This document shows positions 16,568-26,602 of a DNA stretch of 64,000 nt, one piece after another. The DNA is taken from NCBI GenBank assembly GCA_963801665.1, contig CAWDFL010000003.1:1757748-1821747 (forward strand). The letters run 5' to 3'. The translations under genes and the position numbers were made by a program. The stretch comes from an uncultured delta proteobacterium (GTDB lineage Bacteria; Desulfobacterota; Binatia; Binatales; Binataceae). The notes beneath the pieces were generated by a model. The model had not been told where the DNA came from. It worked only from the letters and a program-made list of their open reading frames with translations, and made no database searches. Numbering within the stretch: the stretch's first letter is position 1; every line of letters starts with the position of its first letter.

Positions 16568-18223
16568 TTAGCGATCGCGGCGTGGCGGATTCGCCATCCG
16601 CCGCGCCGTCTCGCCGAGCGCGCCGGCCGGATGAAAGCGGCTGTACTCCTCGACCGTCAAGCCGCGCGCGACTTCGAGCGCGACTGACAATCCCGCCAGC
16701 ACAAAGACTTCCGCCAGCACGCTGATGCGCGGCGCGAGACCGAGTCCGCCGCCCTCGTGGCGCACGGGCGCGTACATCACCAGGTCGGCGAGGTTCGCGA
16801 GGTCGGAGTCGCGATTTCCGGTTACCGCGATAATGTCAGCGCCCTGATCCTTGATCGCCGTGGCCGCGGTCGTGAGCTCGCTGGTGTTGCCGCTGTTCGA
16901 GATCGCGATTACGACATCATGCGGATGCACCTGGCCCAGGCTGCCATGCAGCGTCTCGGTTGCGTGCAGAAAAGTCGCGGGCGTGCCGACCGAGCAGAAC
17001 AGGCTCGCCGCGTAGCGCGCGACGTGCTCGGGCTTGCCGACTCCCGTTACGTGCACGCGTCCGCCGCGAGCCTGGGCCGCGCGAATCATCTCGACCGCGC
17101 GGGCGATAGCGTCGAGATCGAGCGCGCGATGCAGGCTGGTCAGCTCTTCGAGCGATTGGCCGAAGAAGCGATCGATCTCGCGAACCTCGCGCCGGGCCTG
17201 CTCGGCGGGCGAGGGGGGACGAACGTCGGGTGCGATCGCGAGCGGCGCTGGTAGAGCCTCGCCGTAAAGTTTTTCGATTTCCGCGCGCAACTCGAAGCCG
17301 TCGGGGAACGCGCCGAGCTGTGTCACGCAGACCGCGCCGGCCGCGTTGGCAAGCCTAAGGGCCTTGTCCCACGGCAGATTCCAGCGCATCGCGGCTAGCA
17401 GTCCGCCCAGGAACGCATCGCCGGCGCCGGTCGAATCAACTTGCTTGACCGCAAATGCGGGCGCGGCGAGCGCGAGGTCTTTCGCGGCAATGACGCATCC
17501 CTGGTCGCCGAGCGTGATAATCACCGCGCGATTTTTGTACTTGGCCCGGATGCTCACAGCTTGCGCGAGCGCGTTCTTGCCGGTCGCGAGACTCGCCGCC
17601 GCGGACTTGGCCGGCTTCAGTATCGTCGCCAGGCGCATTGCGCGTTCGAGCTCCGCGCGCGTCCCGAGCATCGGCGTCGCCTCGGCGGCCGGCAGATCAA
17701 CATCGAGGATCGTCGGAATCGAATGCGCGCGCGCGATCTTCAGAATCTCGATCACGGCGGGCAATGGAAGCTGCGAGATTTCCGTCGATACCAGGTGCGC
17801 GCCGCGGATAAACGCGCCGTGGCGCCGCCGGACCTCCGCGGGCGTGAGCTCGGCGGTCGCGCCGCGCGCCATGTAGATCGCGCGGTTCCCCGCCGAATCA
17901 ACCAGCACGTTGGCGAATGAGCTCGCGCTGCCGTCGAGCGTCAGGTGATGCACGATTCCGAAGCGATCCATCCCGGCGCGCAGAAATTCGCCGTGGCGGT
18001 CGTCGCCGATTTTTCCGAAGATGCCGCTGCGCAGGCCGAGCACGCGTGCCCATCCGAGATGATTCAGCGTCAGGCCGCCGACGCGAGCGCGCTCGATCGC
18101 GCCGTCGGAGTCGTGGGCGCTGAGCACAGTCTTTTCGTCAGCGCGGATGATCCGCGGCGCGCGGTAGAAAAGGTCGACCACCATGCTGCCGCATCCGGCT
18201 ACGTCGAGCTTAGTGTCAGGCAT
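16568..18223 (-). CDS. Bifunctional fusion: PfkB/ribokinase-family sugar kinase (N) plus KdsD/KpsF-type SIS sugar-phosphate isomerase domain (C)
   Basis: PfkB signature DSTGAGDAFLGGLL; C-terminal VTGVGKPEHVA...GTPATFLHATETLHGSLGQV..VVIAISNSGNTSEL...GLGLAPRIS...HPAGALG closely follows the arabinose-5-phosphate-isomerase SIS pattern; no CBS pair. Confidence 0.8.
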   Translation of the reverse strand: MPDTKLDVAGCGSMVVDLFYRAPRIIRADEKTVLSAHDSDGAIERARVGGLTLNHLGWARVLGLRSGIFGKIGDDRHGEFLRAGMDRFGIVHHLTLDGSASSFANVLVDSAGNRAIYMARGATAELTPAEVRRRHGAFIRGAHLVSTEISQLPLPAVIEILKIARAHSIPTILDVDLPAAEATPMLGTRAELERAMRLATILKPAKSAAASLATGKNALAQAVSIRAKYKNRAVIITLGDQGCVIAAKDLALAAPAFAVKQVDSTGAGDAFLGGLLAAMRWNLPWDKALRLANAAGAVCVTQLGAFPDGFELRAEIEKLYGEALPAPLAIAPDVRPPSPAEQARREVREIDRFFGQSLEELTSLHRALDLDAIARAVEMIRAAQARGGRVHVTGVGKPEHVARYAASLFCSVGTPATFLHATETLHGSLGQVHPHDVVIAISNSGNTSELTTAATAIKDQGADIIAVTGNRDSDLANLADLVMYAPVRHEGGGLGLAPRISVLAEVFVLAGLSVALEVARGLTVEEYSRFHPAGALGETARRMANPPRRDR

Positions 18224-19352
18224 GGGGACGCACAGCCCGCGGAACTTCCTTCAGATGAGGGCGCGGATTGGTTTCGCTGATCCATCCGGCTTCGAGCGTA
18301 TCGGCCGCAAAACGCCGCATCGCGCGGATCCGCGCGACGAGCTCGCGCCGTTCGCCGGCTTCGAGCGTGGGCGAGCCCGCCGCCATCGCGTCGCTCTCGA
18401 TCACGCCGAATTCACGCAGCGCCGCTTTGTAGCATGCAATCACCGGACTGTAGGGTTTGCCCGAGCGTGTGAATTCGCAGGCGGTGCGCAATTGATTAGT
18501 AGCCTCGGCGTAGCGCCGCATGAGCGCGGGGTTTCCCGCGCGGCACACGCGCCATGCGCGCTGCCACTCGCGCGGCATCACGTTCGAGGCGCCCGAGACG
18601 ACGCCGTAGGGCATCGCGCGCTGGGTCAGGTAGCGGTTCCATCGATGGCGGATCGTTCCCGAGAGTCCGTCGGCGGGCGCGAACAGATCAAAAATCAAAT
18701 ACGGAATTCCGGCGTACACCGCGAATTCATGCGAGAGCTTGAAGTGCGAGGCCGCGCGCGTGTAGTTGCCGAGCACGGCCTTTCCGGCGGTCACCTTGAT
18801 GCCGCGCACGTAGGCGAGGCGCGCCATCTGTTTCACGTCGCGCGTATGCAGATGCGGAGATTTGCCCGGCGCGGCTATGTCGGCGTTGTCGTAGAGAAAT
18901 ATCGGAATCGTCTTGCCCCGGCGTATGAAGACCGCGCCGATTTCGCGCTCGACGAATTCAGGCGGCGCGGCGAGATCGCGAATCGAGAGCGGCGCGACCA
19001 CCGCGGCGTCGGCGTCGAGGTCGAGTGCGTACTCGAGATTCGCGATTGTCTCGGCGCGCGTATGCGCGGTGATTCCGGCCCACGCCTCGACCTTGCGCCC
19101 GATCCGCGCCGAGACACGGCGGCATTCGTCCACCGCGATCCGCATCACGTCCTGCCGGCGCGGATTATCGATCCGATCCCATTCGCCGGTCGTCCCCGCG
19201 GCGAACACGATGTCGGCTCCCCGTCCGTCCTGCACGACGAAACGCACCAGGGCGCGCTGCTCGTCGTCCAGCACGCGGCCCTCGCGATCGAAGATAGTGA
19301 CGATCGGCGTCGAGAGTCCCGGACGCGGAAGGTATTCGTCAATTGATAGCAT
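18216..19352 (-). CDS. DapA/NanA-family class I pyruvate-dependent aldolase
   Basis: GTTGEW motif and Schiff-base lysine context YVRGIKVTAGK; 8-nt overlap with the downstream kinase-SIS gene (operon). Confidence 0.8.
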   Translation of the reverse strand: MLSIDEYLPRPGLSTPIVTIFDREGRVLDDEQRALVRFVVQDGRGADIVFAAGTTGEWDRIDNPRRQDVMRIAVDECRRVSARIGRKVEAWAGITAHTRAETIANLEYALDLDADAAVVAPLSIRDLAAPPEFVEREIGAVFIRRGKTIPIFLYDNADIAAPGKSPHLHTRDVKQMARLAYVRGIKVTAGKAVLGNYTRAASHFKLSHEFAVYAGIPYLIFDLFAPADGLSGTIRHRWNRYLTQRAMPYGVVSGASNVMPREWQRAWRVCRAGNPALMRRYAEATNQLRTACEFTRSGKPYSPVIACYKAALREFGVIESDAMAAGSPTLEAGERRELVARIRAMRRFAADTLEAGWISETNPRPHLKEVPRAVRPHA

Positions 19353-19400
19353 CGCGGAAATCCTAGCAGAAAGCGCGTCGGTCCGCTCGAAGCGCGGTGG

Positions 19401-20081
19401 CTATAGCAGGGCGATTCCGACGAAGGTTTTGAAAAACTTGTGAGTCTCCGACGAGGCGTACGGCTCCATCTTGAGCTCCAGGCGCATCCGGTAAAACCCG
19501 TCCGGCATCGCGGCGTCAGGAGGCGGATTGTCCGCCCATACCGCGCTCTTCGCGGCGTCGACGAAGGTCCGGTCGACAATTCCTTTGCCGCTATGCTGTT
19601 CCACCACTATCTCCTTGAGCTTGCCGCTCGGGTCAAGCGTGGCGGTCAGCACGACGGGTTGAAGATCGGAAGGCAAATTGGTGTGCCCAATATTTCCGTT
19701 CGCTTCCTGCAGATAGACCGCCTGCCACAGGCGATCGACCAGCATCCCTGAGAAGCTCGCGAACTTCGCCGCCTTGGGATTTTGCAGCTTCTCGATGCCA
19801 GGGGACTGGTCCGGACCGACGTGGCGGATCGTGCCTGGAGCTTCCTCGTCCGCGCGGACCGAGCTAGGAGCGTTGTAAACGTGAGTGGCGGCAAACGCGG
19901 CTGAGGGATCCATGATCGGGTTGATCGGCTGGGGCGAGAGCGTGGAAAGATCGTTGACGAAATGTGGCGTTGAAACCGCTCCGGGCTCTTCCGTATCGGG
20001 CGGGTTGAACAAACTGCATCCGACGAGTGCGGCGAGCGCATAGCTGAGCGCTGCGCATACCAGAATCCTTGGTAGTCTCAC
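19401..20081 (-). CDS. Lipoprotein with TonB-C-terminal-like domain
   Basis: Signal peptide plus lipobox ALVGCS; C-terminal region resembles the TonB_C fold; 4-nt overlap with the upstream gene. Confidence 0.5.
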   Translation of the reverse strand: MRLPRILVCAALSYALAALVGCSLFNPPDTEEPGAVSTPHFVNDLSTLSPQPINPIMDPSAAFAATHVYNAPSSVRADEEAPGTIRHVGPDQSPGIEKLQNPKAAKFASFSGMLVDRLWQAVYLQEANGNIGHTNLPSDLQPVVLTATLDPSGKLKEIVVEQHSGKGIVDRTFVDAAKSAVWADNPPPDAAMPDGFYRMRLELKMEPYASSETHKFFKTFVGIALL

Positions 20082-21586
20082 TTGTTCTTCGCCTGCGCCG
20101 CGTCGAGCGCCAAAATCCGCTTCCGCGCGTTATTGTAGTCGCTCGCGAAGGCGTCGAAAAGTTCCTCGCCGAATTTGCGCTCGTCGTTGCGCACCGCTTC
20201 GTTGTGCTGATCGGCGATCTTGTCGCCCACCTTGGCCAGGAACTCGAGCGTCGGCGAGTATTCGAATTGGCCGGTGAAACCCAGTGCGTAGCGATCAAGC
20301 CCGTCACCCGTGCGGCGCGACGCGAAGGTCGAGCTGAGTCCGCCGTTGCCCTGGGCCAGCACGCGCAGGAACTCGCCCGCGATCAGATCGATCACCTTAT
20401 GGATACCCGGCGGCGCGATCAGCGCTGGCACCTCGTTCATCGTGTTGATCGCGACTATCGAGTCGCCGTCGCGCCGGTAGTCGGTGGTGAAGCCAACTTT
20501 TTCCAGCCCGAAAACCATTCCGAGCCGGTACACGCGCACGGAAGCCTCGGTGCGGTAGCTGCCGTGCTCGACGTTCTGCAGCGCGACGCTTTCGCCCGCG
20601 GGGCGATAATTCTTGTCGAACGGGGTGAGCAGGCCGTTTCGATCCATGAAGGTCAGATGCATCCGCCCGCGATCGAATCGCGAGATCATCCAGTAATTCC
20701 CAGCCGCGTCCTGGATTGCCGACTCAGCAACCAGCACCGGCGCGACCTTGCGATAGAACTCGTAGAGATGCGGATACGCCTTGAGCGCGTCCACCCGGAC
20801 TTCAACGTCGGCATTGAACAGCACGATGGGGCCGCCGGCGCCGTCAAACTCGTCGAGCACGTTGTGAAAGATAAGATAGTGATCGAGCTTGGCGGCGAAG
20901 GCCGGCATCTCGCGATGAAACCGCGCGAGCGCGGCGCGATCGTGGTGATTGAATTCGCCCGGAGCGGTGTCCCACGGCGCTTTCAGATCGCCATGAATTT
21001 GCCGGAGGCCGTCCGCCGCGAGATCGACGACCGCGCTGGCGGGATAAGTATCCATCAGCAGCTCGCCGCCGAGCAGTCCGATGACGCTCGAGGTCCCGGT
21101 GTCCGGCGTGGGAACCGGCGTGATCGTGAACTGTCCGGCCATGTGCTGAGGAGTTTCGGGGCTCACGTACTTGTCCGTCAGCTTGTACAGGTACTCACCC
21201 GATTTCGGGCCGCCCGAGACGGCAATCTGATGCGCTCCGTTCTTGAGCGATTGCCATGGAATATCCGGTTGGGAGTAAAGCGCGGAGGCGCGGATCAGGG
21301 TCGATTCGCGCGGCGGCATCTTTTCGACCAGCTTGGTCAGCGCGTCATCCAGCTCGGGATGAAACGAAATCGCGCGCTGGAAAGCGAGCTGGCGATCGAA
21401 GATAAGGATTGCGCGCGCCGCGCGGTCCGGTCCGGGCGCGGCGAGCTCGATGATCGGCGCGAAAATCGTCTCACTGTCGGGAGCAAATCCCGGCGCAACT
21501 ATCGGAAGGGTCTGCGCCGGTTTGGCGGACGATTGCGCAGCGCCGGCTGCACGTACAAGGCCGGAAAACGCCGGGATCGCCAGCAT
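20078..21586 (-). CDS. Secreted hypothetical protein (about 502 aa), no recognised domain
   Basis: Protein-like composition and N-terminal hydrophobic segment MLAIPAFSGLVRAAGAA; the ORF reads open further upstream (to 22804) but that part is antisense to rpmE/prfA and looks artefactual. Confidence 0.6.
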   Translation of the reverse strand: MLAIPAFSGLVRAAGAAQSSAKPAQTLPIVAPGFAPDSETIFAPIIELAAPGPDRAARAILIFDRQLAFQRAISFHPELDDALTKLVEKMPPRESTLIRASALYSQPDIPWQSLKNGAHQIAVSGGPKSGEYLYKLTDKYVSPETPQHMAGQFTITPVPTPDTGTSSVIGLLGGELLMDTYPASAVVDLAADGLRQIHGDLKAPWDTAPGEFNHHDRAALARFHREMPAFAAKLDHYLIFHNVLDEFDGAGGPIVLFNADVEVRVDALKAYPHLYEFYRKVAPVLVAESAIQDAAGNYWMISRFDRGRMHLTFMDRNGLLTPFDKNYRPAGESVALQNVEHGSYRTEASVRVYRLGMVFGLEKVGFTTDYRRDGDSIVAINTMNEVPALIAPPGIHKVIDLIAGEFLRVLAQGNGGLSSTFASRRTGDGLDRYALGFTGQFEYSPTLEFLAKVGDKIADQHNEAVRNDERKFGEELFDAFASDYNNARKRILALDAAQAKNK

Positions 21587-21706
21587 TGCGGCGATCGCAA
21601 TCGTGGTTAAATTTCGTTGCAGACAGGTACAAGAGCTGCGAATTGTGTGGGATCGCAGTGGATGATATTCTCTAGAGTAAGAGATCGGACCGCGAGAGTT
21701 GAACAA

Positions 21707-21907
21707 ATGAAAGCCGCAATCCATCCCGTATACCGTCGCTGCGTGGTTACCTGCGCCTGCGGCAACACGTTTGAGACCCGCTCGACGGTGGGCGAACTCC
21801 ACGTCGAAGTCTGTTCCAAGTGCCATCCGTTCTACACCGGACAGCAGCGCCTGGTCGATACCGCTGGCCGCGTCGAGCGGTTCAAGCGCAGGTATGGAAT
21901 GAAGTAG
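21707..21907 (+). CDS. rpmE: 50S ribosomal protein L31
   Basis: [47 protein letters not shown] with the CxxC...CxxC zinc ribbon. Confidence 0.9.
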   Translation: MKAAIHPVYRRCVVTCACGNTFETRSTVGELHVEVCSKCHPFYTGQQRLVDTAGRVERFKRRYGMK

Positions 21908-21983
21908 CATAGTAACTCCCGCCGCCCGAGGTTGCGGTCCTGAAAAGGATCGCGAAGCCTGCGGGTGCGCGGGGGATTGGTCT

Positions 21984-22016
21984 TGCGGCGGGATGGTTCC
22001 CGCCGCGTTTGTTTTT
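21984..22016 (+). terminator. Rho-independent terminator after rpmE
   Basis: gcggcgggatggttcccgccgc stem-loop followed by gtttgttttt. Confidence 0.6.
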
Positions 22017-22066
22017 GGGGCCCGGGAAATTCTCAGGGGGACGGACGCATAGTCGCCCGGACGGCA

Positions 22067-23128
22067 ATGCTCGACAAACTTCAAGGGATTGAGGATCGCT
22101 ACGCGGAGCTCGAACGCAAGCTCAGCGATCCCGCCGTGACCGCGAACAATCGCGAGTACGCGAAGCTCGCCAAGGAGCGCGCCTCGCTGTCCGAGCTTAT
22201 CGAATCGGCGCGCGAGTATCGCAAGCTTTTGGGCGAAATCGGCGAGCACAAGGCGCTGCTTGAAGGCGACGACCCCGAGCTGCGCGAGCTCGCGAAGGCC
22301 GAGCTGCCCTCGATGCAGAAGCGGCAGGTCCCGCTCGAAGAAAAAATCCGCCAACTGCTGATTCCTCGCGATCCGAACGACGATCGCAACGTGCTGCTCG
22401 AAATCCGCGCGGGCACCGGCGGCGCCGAGGCGTCGCTGTTCGCGGGCGAATTGTTCCGGATGTATTCCCGCTACGCCGAGCGCCACGGCTGGAAAGTCGA
22501 GACGATGAGCCTCTCCGACACCGGGCTCGGCGGGATCAAGGAAGTCATCGCGCTGATCGCGGGACGCGGCGCGTACTCGCGCCTCAAGTTTGAGGGCGGA
22601 GTGCATCGCGTGCAGCGCGTGCCCGAGACCGAAGCCTCCGGCCGCATCCACACCTCGGCGGTGACAGTCGCCGTGATGCCCGAGGCCGACGAGGTCGAGG
22701 TAAATATCAACGAGGAAAAAGATTTGCGCATCGACGTGATGCGCGCGTCGGGTCCGGGCGGGCAGAGCGTCAACACCACCGACTCGGCGGTGCGGATAAC
22801 GCACATTCCGTCGGGGATGGTGATTATCTGCCGCGACGAAAAATCACAGCACAAGAACAAGGCGCGCGCGCTGAAAATCCTGCGCACGCGGCTATTGGAA
22901 AAAGCCCGCGCCGATCAGGACGCGCAAATCGCGGCGACGCGGCGCTCGATGGTCGGGACCGGCGACCGCTCCGAGCGGATCCGCACCTATAACTTTCCCC
23001 AATCCCGTGTGACGGACCATCGCGTCAACGTCACGATTCATCAACTCGACCAGTTCCTGGACGGCGCGATCGATCCGCTGATCGACGCGCTCGCGACCGC
23101 GGAACAGGCGCAGCTCCTGAGCGCCTGA
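22067..23128 (+). CDS. prfA: Peptide chain release factor 1
   Basis: GGQ motif (SGPGGQSVNTTDSAVRITHIPSG), PxT-type RF1 domain, full-length conservation. Confidence 0.95.
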   Translation: MLDKLQGIEDRYAELERKLSDPAVTANNREYAKLAKERASLSELIESAREYRKLLGEIGEHKALLEGDDPELRELAKAELPSMQKRQVPLEEKIRQLLIPRDPNDDRNVLLEIRAGTGGAEASLFAGELFRMYSRYAERHGWKVETMSLSDTGLGGIKEVIALIAGRGAYSRLKFEGGVHRVQRVPETEASGRIHTSAVTVAVMPEADEVEVNINEEKDLRIDVMRASGPGGQSVNTTDSAVRITHIPSGMVIICRDEKSQHKNKARALKILRTRLLEKARADQDAQIAATRRSMVGTGDRSERIRTYNFPQSRVTDHRVNVTIHQLDQFLDGAIDPLIDALATAEQAQLLSA

Positions 23129-23137
23129 GAGCTTGCG

Positions 23138-24022
23138 ATGGCGCCCCGGAACGACGCCGAAGACCGCCGCGCGAATGTGGTCCGCACGCTCGAGGCCGCG
23201 ACCGCGCGCTTGGCGCACGCGGGCGTCGAATCTGCACGGCTGGACGCCGAGCTGATGCTCGCGCGAGCGCTCGAAACGACTCGCGGCGCGATCATCTCCG
23301 CACCAATCGAGATTTCCACAGCCGCTGCCGAGCGCTTCGAGGCGATGCTCTCGCGCCGGGCGGCACGCGAGCCGCTCGCGTACATCCTCGGCTCCAAGGA
23401 ATTTTACTCGCTCGAATTCGAGGTCACGCCGTCCGTTCTCATCCCCCGTCCGGAGACTGAAAGCCTGGTCGCCGCCGCACTCGAATTTGCGGCGCAACAT
23501 CCGAGCGCCCGCGTGCTCGATATCGGGACCGGGTCGGGTGCGATTGCAATTTCGATTGCGGTCAACGCACCGCGCGCGCTCGTCGTCGCGGCGGATATCG
23601 AGCAGGACGCGCTCGCGGTCGCCGGGCACAATGTCGCGCGGCATCATGCAGAGGATCGCGTCGAGCTGCGGCTCGCGGATATTTTCGAGCCTCTCGACAG
23701 CGGTGTGGCGCTCGGGAACTTCGATCTGATCGTCTCCAATCCACCCTATGTCGAAGTCTCGGCGATCGACTCGCTCGCGCCTGAAGTCCGCGACTTCGAG
23801 CCTCCGGCCGCGCTGTTTACGGGAGCCGGCGCGCTCGAATGCTACATGAGGATTGCCGCCGGCGCGTGCGAGCATCTGAATCGCGGCGGTGCGCTGATGG
23901 TCGAAGTCGGCGCGGGGCAGGCGGAGGCGGTTGGCGCGCTCTTTCGCGAGGCGGGATTGCACCTCACGAGTGTGATAAACGATCTGGCCGGGATGGCCCG
24001 CGTCGTGACGGCGCGAGTCTGA
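23138..24022 (+). CDS. prmC: Release-factor glutamine N5-methyltransferase (HemK/PrmC)
   Basis: SAM motif DIGTGSGAIAI and NPPY motif (VSNPPYV); directly downstream of prfA. Confidence 0.9.
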   Translation: MAPRNDAEDRRANVVRTLEAATARLAHAGVESARLDAELMLARALETTRGAIISAPIEISTAAAERFEAMLSRRAAREPLAYILGSKEFYSLEFEVTPSVLIPRPETESLVAAALEFAAQHPSARVLDIGTGSGAIAISIAVNAPRALVVAADIEQDALAVAGHNVARHHAEDRVELRLADIFEPLDSGVALGNFDLIVSNPPYVEVSAIDSLAPEVRDFEPPAALFTGAGALECYMRIAAGACEHLNRGGALMVEVGAGQAEAVGALFREAGLHLTSVINDLAGMARVVTARV

Positions 24023-24029
24023 ATTACAG

Positions 24030-25289
24030 ATGGACAAGATGATCATTCGCGGCGGCAAGCCGCTGCGCGGCACCGTGTCGGTAAGCGGCAGCAAGAATAC
24101 CGCTCTGCCGATTCTGATTGCGTCGCTGCTTACCGACGAGCCGGTCAAGCTCTACAACGTTCCGCGCCTGCGCGACGTGACCACCACGCTCGGCCTGCTC
24201 GGCGATCTCGGCGCCGAAGCGCGATGGACCGGCGACAACGAGGTCGAGGTCTGGGCGAAGAAGATCACCTCGCACGTCGCGCCGTACGAGCTGGTCAAGA
24301 CGATGCGCGCGTCGTTCCTGGTGCTGGGCCCGCTGCTCGCGCGCGAGGGCAGGGCGCGCGTCTCGACTCCGGGAGGATGCGCGATCGGCGCACGGCCGGT
24401 GAATCTGCATATCACCGGAATCCGGGCGCTCGGCGCGAAGGTTCAGTTCCGCAACGGCTACGTCGAGGCGCACGCGCGGCGGCTTACCGGCGCGCGTATC
24501 TGGCTCGATAATCCGTCGGTCGGCGCGACCGAGAACATCATGATGGCCGCGGTCCGCGCGCGCGGGCATAGCCAGATTGAGAACGCGGCGCGCGAGCCGG
24601 AGATTATCGATCTCGCCGCGATGCTCTCCGCGATGGGCGCGAAGATTTCCGGCGCGGGCACGCACGTGATTGAAATTGACGGCGTCGAGCGGTTGCACGG
24701 CGTCGAACACGAGGTCGTCCCCGACCGAATCGAGGCCGGCTCGCTGATGGTCGCGGCCGCTATCACCGGCGGCGACGTGATTATCAACAATGCGCCGCTG
24801 GCGCATCTGGAAGCCGTCACCGCGAAACTGGTCGAGGCTGGGGTCGAGATCACGCACGACAACGGCTCCGTCCGCGTCCGCCGCAACGGCAAGCTCAATC
24901 CGGTCGAGCTGCGCACGCTGCCGTATCCCGGTTTTCCGACCGACCTGCAGGCGCAGATGATGGCGCTTCTGACGCAGGCCTCGGGCACTTCGGTTATCAC
25001 CGAGACGATTTTCGAGAACCGCTTCATGCACGCGCTCGAGCTCATCCGGATGGGCGGAGACATTCTAATGAAGGGCGCGACCGCCGTCGTTCGTGGCCCG
25101 ACGAAGTTGCAGGGCGCTCCAGTGATGGCGACCGACTTGCGCGCGAGCATGAGCCTGATCCTGGCGGGACTCGCCGCCGAACGCAGCACCGAGATTGGCC
25201 GCGTGTATCACCTCGACCGCGGCTACGAGGCACTCGATGCGAAACTGTCGGCGCTCGGCGCGCGGATCGAGCGGGTCAAAGAGTCCTGA
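24030..25289 (+). CDS. murA: UDP-N-acetylglucosamine 1-carboxyvinyltransferase
   Basis: MDKMIIRGGKPLRGTVSVSGSKNTALPIL N-terminus and full-length EPT-fold conservation. Confidence 0.95.
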   Translation: MDKMIIRGGKPLRGTVSVSGSKNTALPILIASLLTDEPVKLYNVPRLRDVTTTLGLLGDLGAEARWTGDNEVEVWAKKITSHVAPYELVKTMRASFLVLGPLLAREGRARVSTPGGCAIGARPVNLHITGIRALGAKVQFRNGYVEAHARRLTGARIWLDNPSVGATENIMMAAVRARGHSQIENAAREPEIIDLAAMLSAMGAKISGAGTHVIEIDGVERLHGVEHEVVPDRIEAGSLMVAAAITGGDVIINNAPLAHLEAVTAKLVEAGVEITHDNGSVRVRRNGKLNPVELRTLPYPGFPTDLQAQMMALLTQASGTSVITETIFENRFMHALELIRMGGDILMKGATAVVRGPTKLQGAPVMATDLRASMSLILAGLAAERSTEIGRVYHLDRGYEALDAKLSALGARIERVKES

Positions 25290-26602
25290 TGAAACTCCGA
25301 ATTCTCAAGTCGGGCACGCCCGCGATGCGCCGGTTCATGGCGATGATAGTTGCGCGGCGCGGCGGCGCCGATGACGCGAAGATCAATGACGCGGTCGCAA
25401 AGATTATCGCCGACGTTCGCCGCCGCGGCGACCGCGCCCTGTTTTATTACACCGAAAAATTCGACGGCGTGAAGCTGACCGCGCGCACGCTGCGCGTCAC
25501 CGCCGTGGAGCTGGCCTCCGCGCCTGGAAAAATTCCCGCACGCGATCGGCGTGCGCTGGAACTGGCCGCACGGCGAATAGCGCGGTTCCATCGCGAGACC
25601 CTCGAGCGTCCGTTCGCGTTTGTCGACGACCTTGGGATGCGCTTGGGACAGCTCGTGTGCCCCTTGCGACGCGTCGGCCTGTACGTGCCCGGAGGGATGG
25701 GCGCGTATCCGTCGTCGGTGCTTATGAATGCAATTCCGGCGCGCGTCGCCGGGGTCGAGGAAATCGTGATGGTTGCGCCGCCCTCGCGCGAGGGCGAACG
25801 CGACGCGGTGATGGCGGCGGCGGCGATCGCGGGAGTGACGGAATACTATCGCGTCGGCGGAGCGCACGCGGTCGCCGCGCTCGCATACGGCACCAAATCG
25901 ATTCGCGCGGTCGACAAGATCGTCGGTCCCGGAAATGCCTACGTGCAGGCCGCCAAGCGGATGGTCTATGGAGTCGCCGATATCGACAAGATGGCGGGGC
26001 CGAGCGAGGTGCTGGTGATCGCCGACGCGAGCGCGCACCCGGCTTGGATCGCCGCCGACCTGATCGCGCAGGCTGAGCATGGCTCGGGCGATGAATCCGC
26101 AATTCTGCTGACGCCCTCGGCTCGTATTGCGCGGGAAGTCGAGCGCGCGCTCGAATCCGCACTCACCACGCTGCCGCGCGCGGCGGCGGTGCGCCGGGTT
26201 CTCGATCGCCGCGGCGCGGTGATTATCGTCAAGGACCTGGAAGAGGCGTTTGCGCTGTCGAACGAAATCGGGCCGGAGCATCTGGAGCTGGAAATTCGTG
26301 ATCCACGCCGATGGCTCAAGAAAGTTCGCGCCGCCGGTGCGGTTTTCTTAGGTGCGATGAGCCCGGCTCCTCTCGGCGACTACCTTGCGGGGCCGAATCA
26401 CGTCCTGCCTACGGGCGGATCGGCGCGCTTCGCCTCGCCCTTGGGTGCATACGATTTCCTCAAGCGAACCAGTATAATCGAGGCCTCGCCGCGCGCGGCG
26501 CGGGAGCTCGGTCCGTCGGTCGCGCATCTGGCGCGGATGGAAGGATTTGAGGGGCATGCGCGTGCGATGGAGCTGCGCAGCCGGGGAAATCACGATGGCT
26601 GA
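25289..26602 (+). CDS. hisD: Histidinol dehydrogenase
   Basis: Full-length HisD conservation (about 430 aa), AQAEHG region. Confidence 0.9.
   Translation: MKLRILKSGTPAMRRFMAMIVARRGGADDAKINDAVAKIIADVRRRGDRALFYYTEKFDGVKLTARTLRVTAVELASAPGKIPARDRRALELAARRIARFHRETLERPFAFVDDLGMRLGQLVCPLRRVGLYVPGGMGAYPSSVLMNAIPARVAGVEEIVMVAPPSREGERDAVMAAAAIAGVTEYYRVGGAHAVAALAYGTKSIRAVDKIVGPGNAYVQAAKRMVYGVADIDKMAGPSEVLVIADASAHPAWIAADLIAQAEHGSGDESAILLTPSARIAREVERALESALTTLPRAAAVRRVLDRRGAVIIVKDLEEAFALSNEIGPEHLELEIRDPRRWLKKVRAAGAVFLGAMSPAPLGDYLAGPNHVLPTGGSARFASPLGAYDFLKRTSIIEASPRAARELGPSVAHLARMEGFEGHARAMELRSRGNHDG

Noticed and set aside
18183-19346. 387-aa plus-strand ORF
   Set aside because: Antisense to the DapA-family aldolase gene
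20069-21610. 513-aa plus-strand ORF
   Set aside because: Antisense to the secreted-protein gene; the minus-strand product has the protein-like composition and N-terminal hydrophobic segment
21587-22804. N-terminal 400 aa of the 908-aa minus-strand ORF 20078..22804
   Set aside because: This part is antisense to rpmE and prfA and is Arg-rich; the real gene most likely starts at ATG 21586
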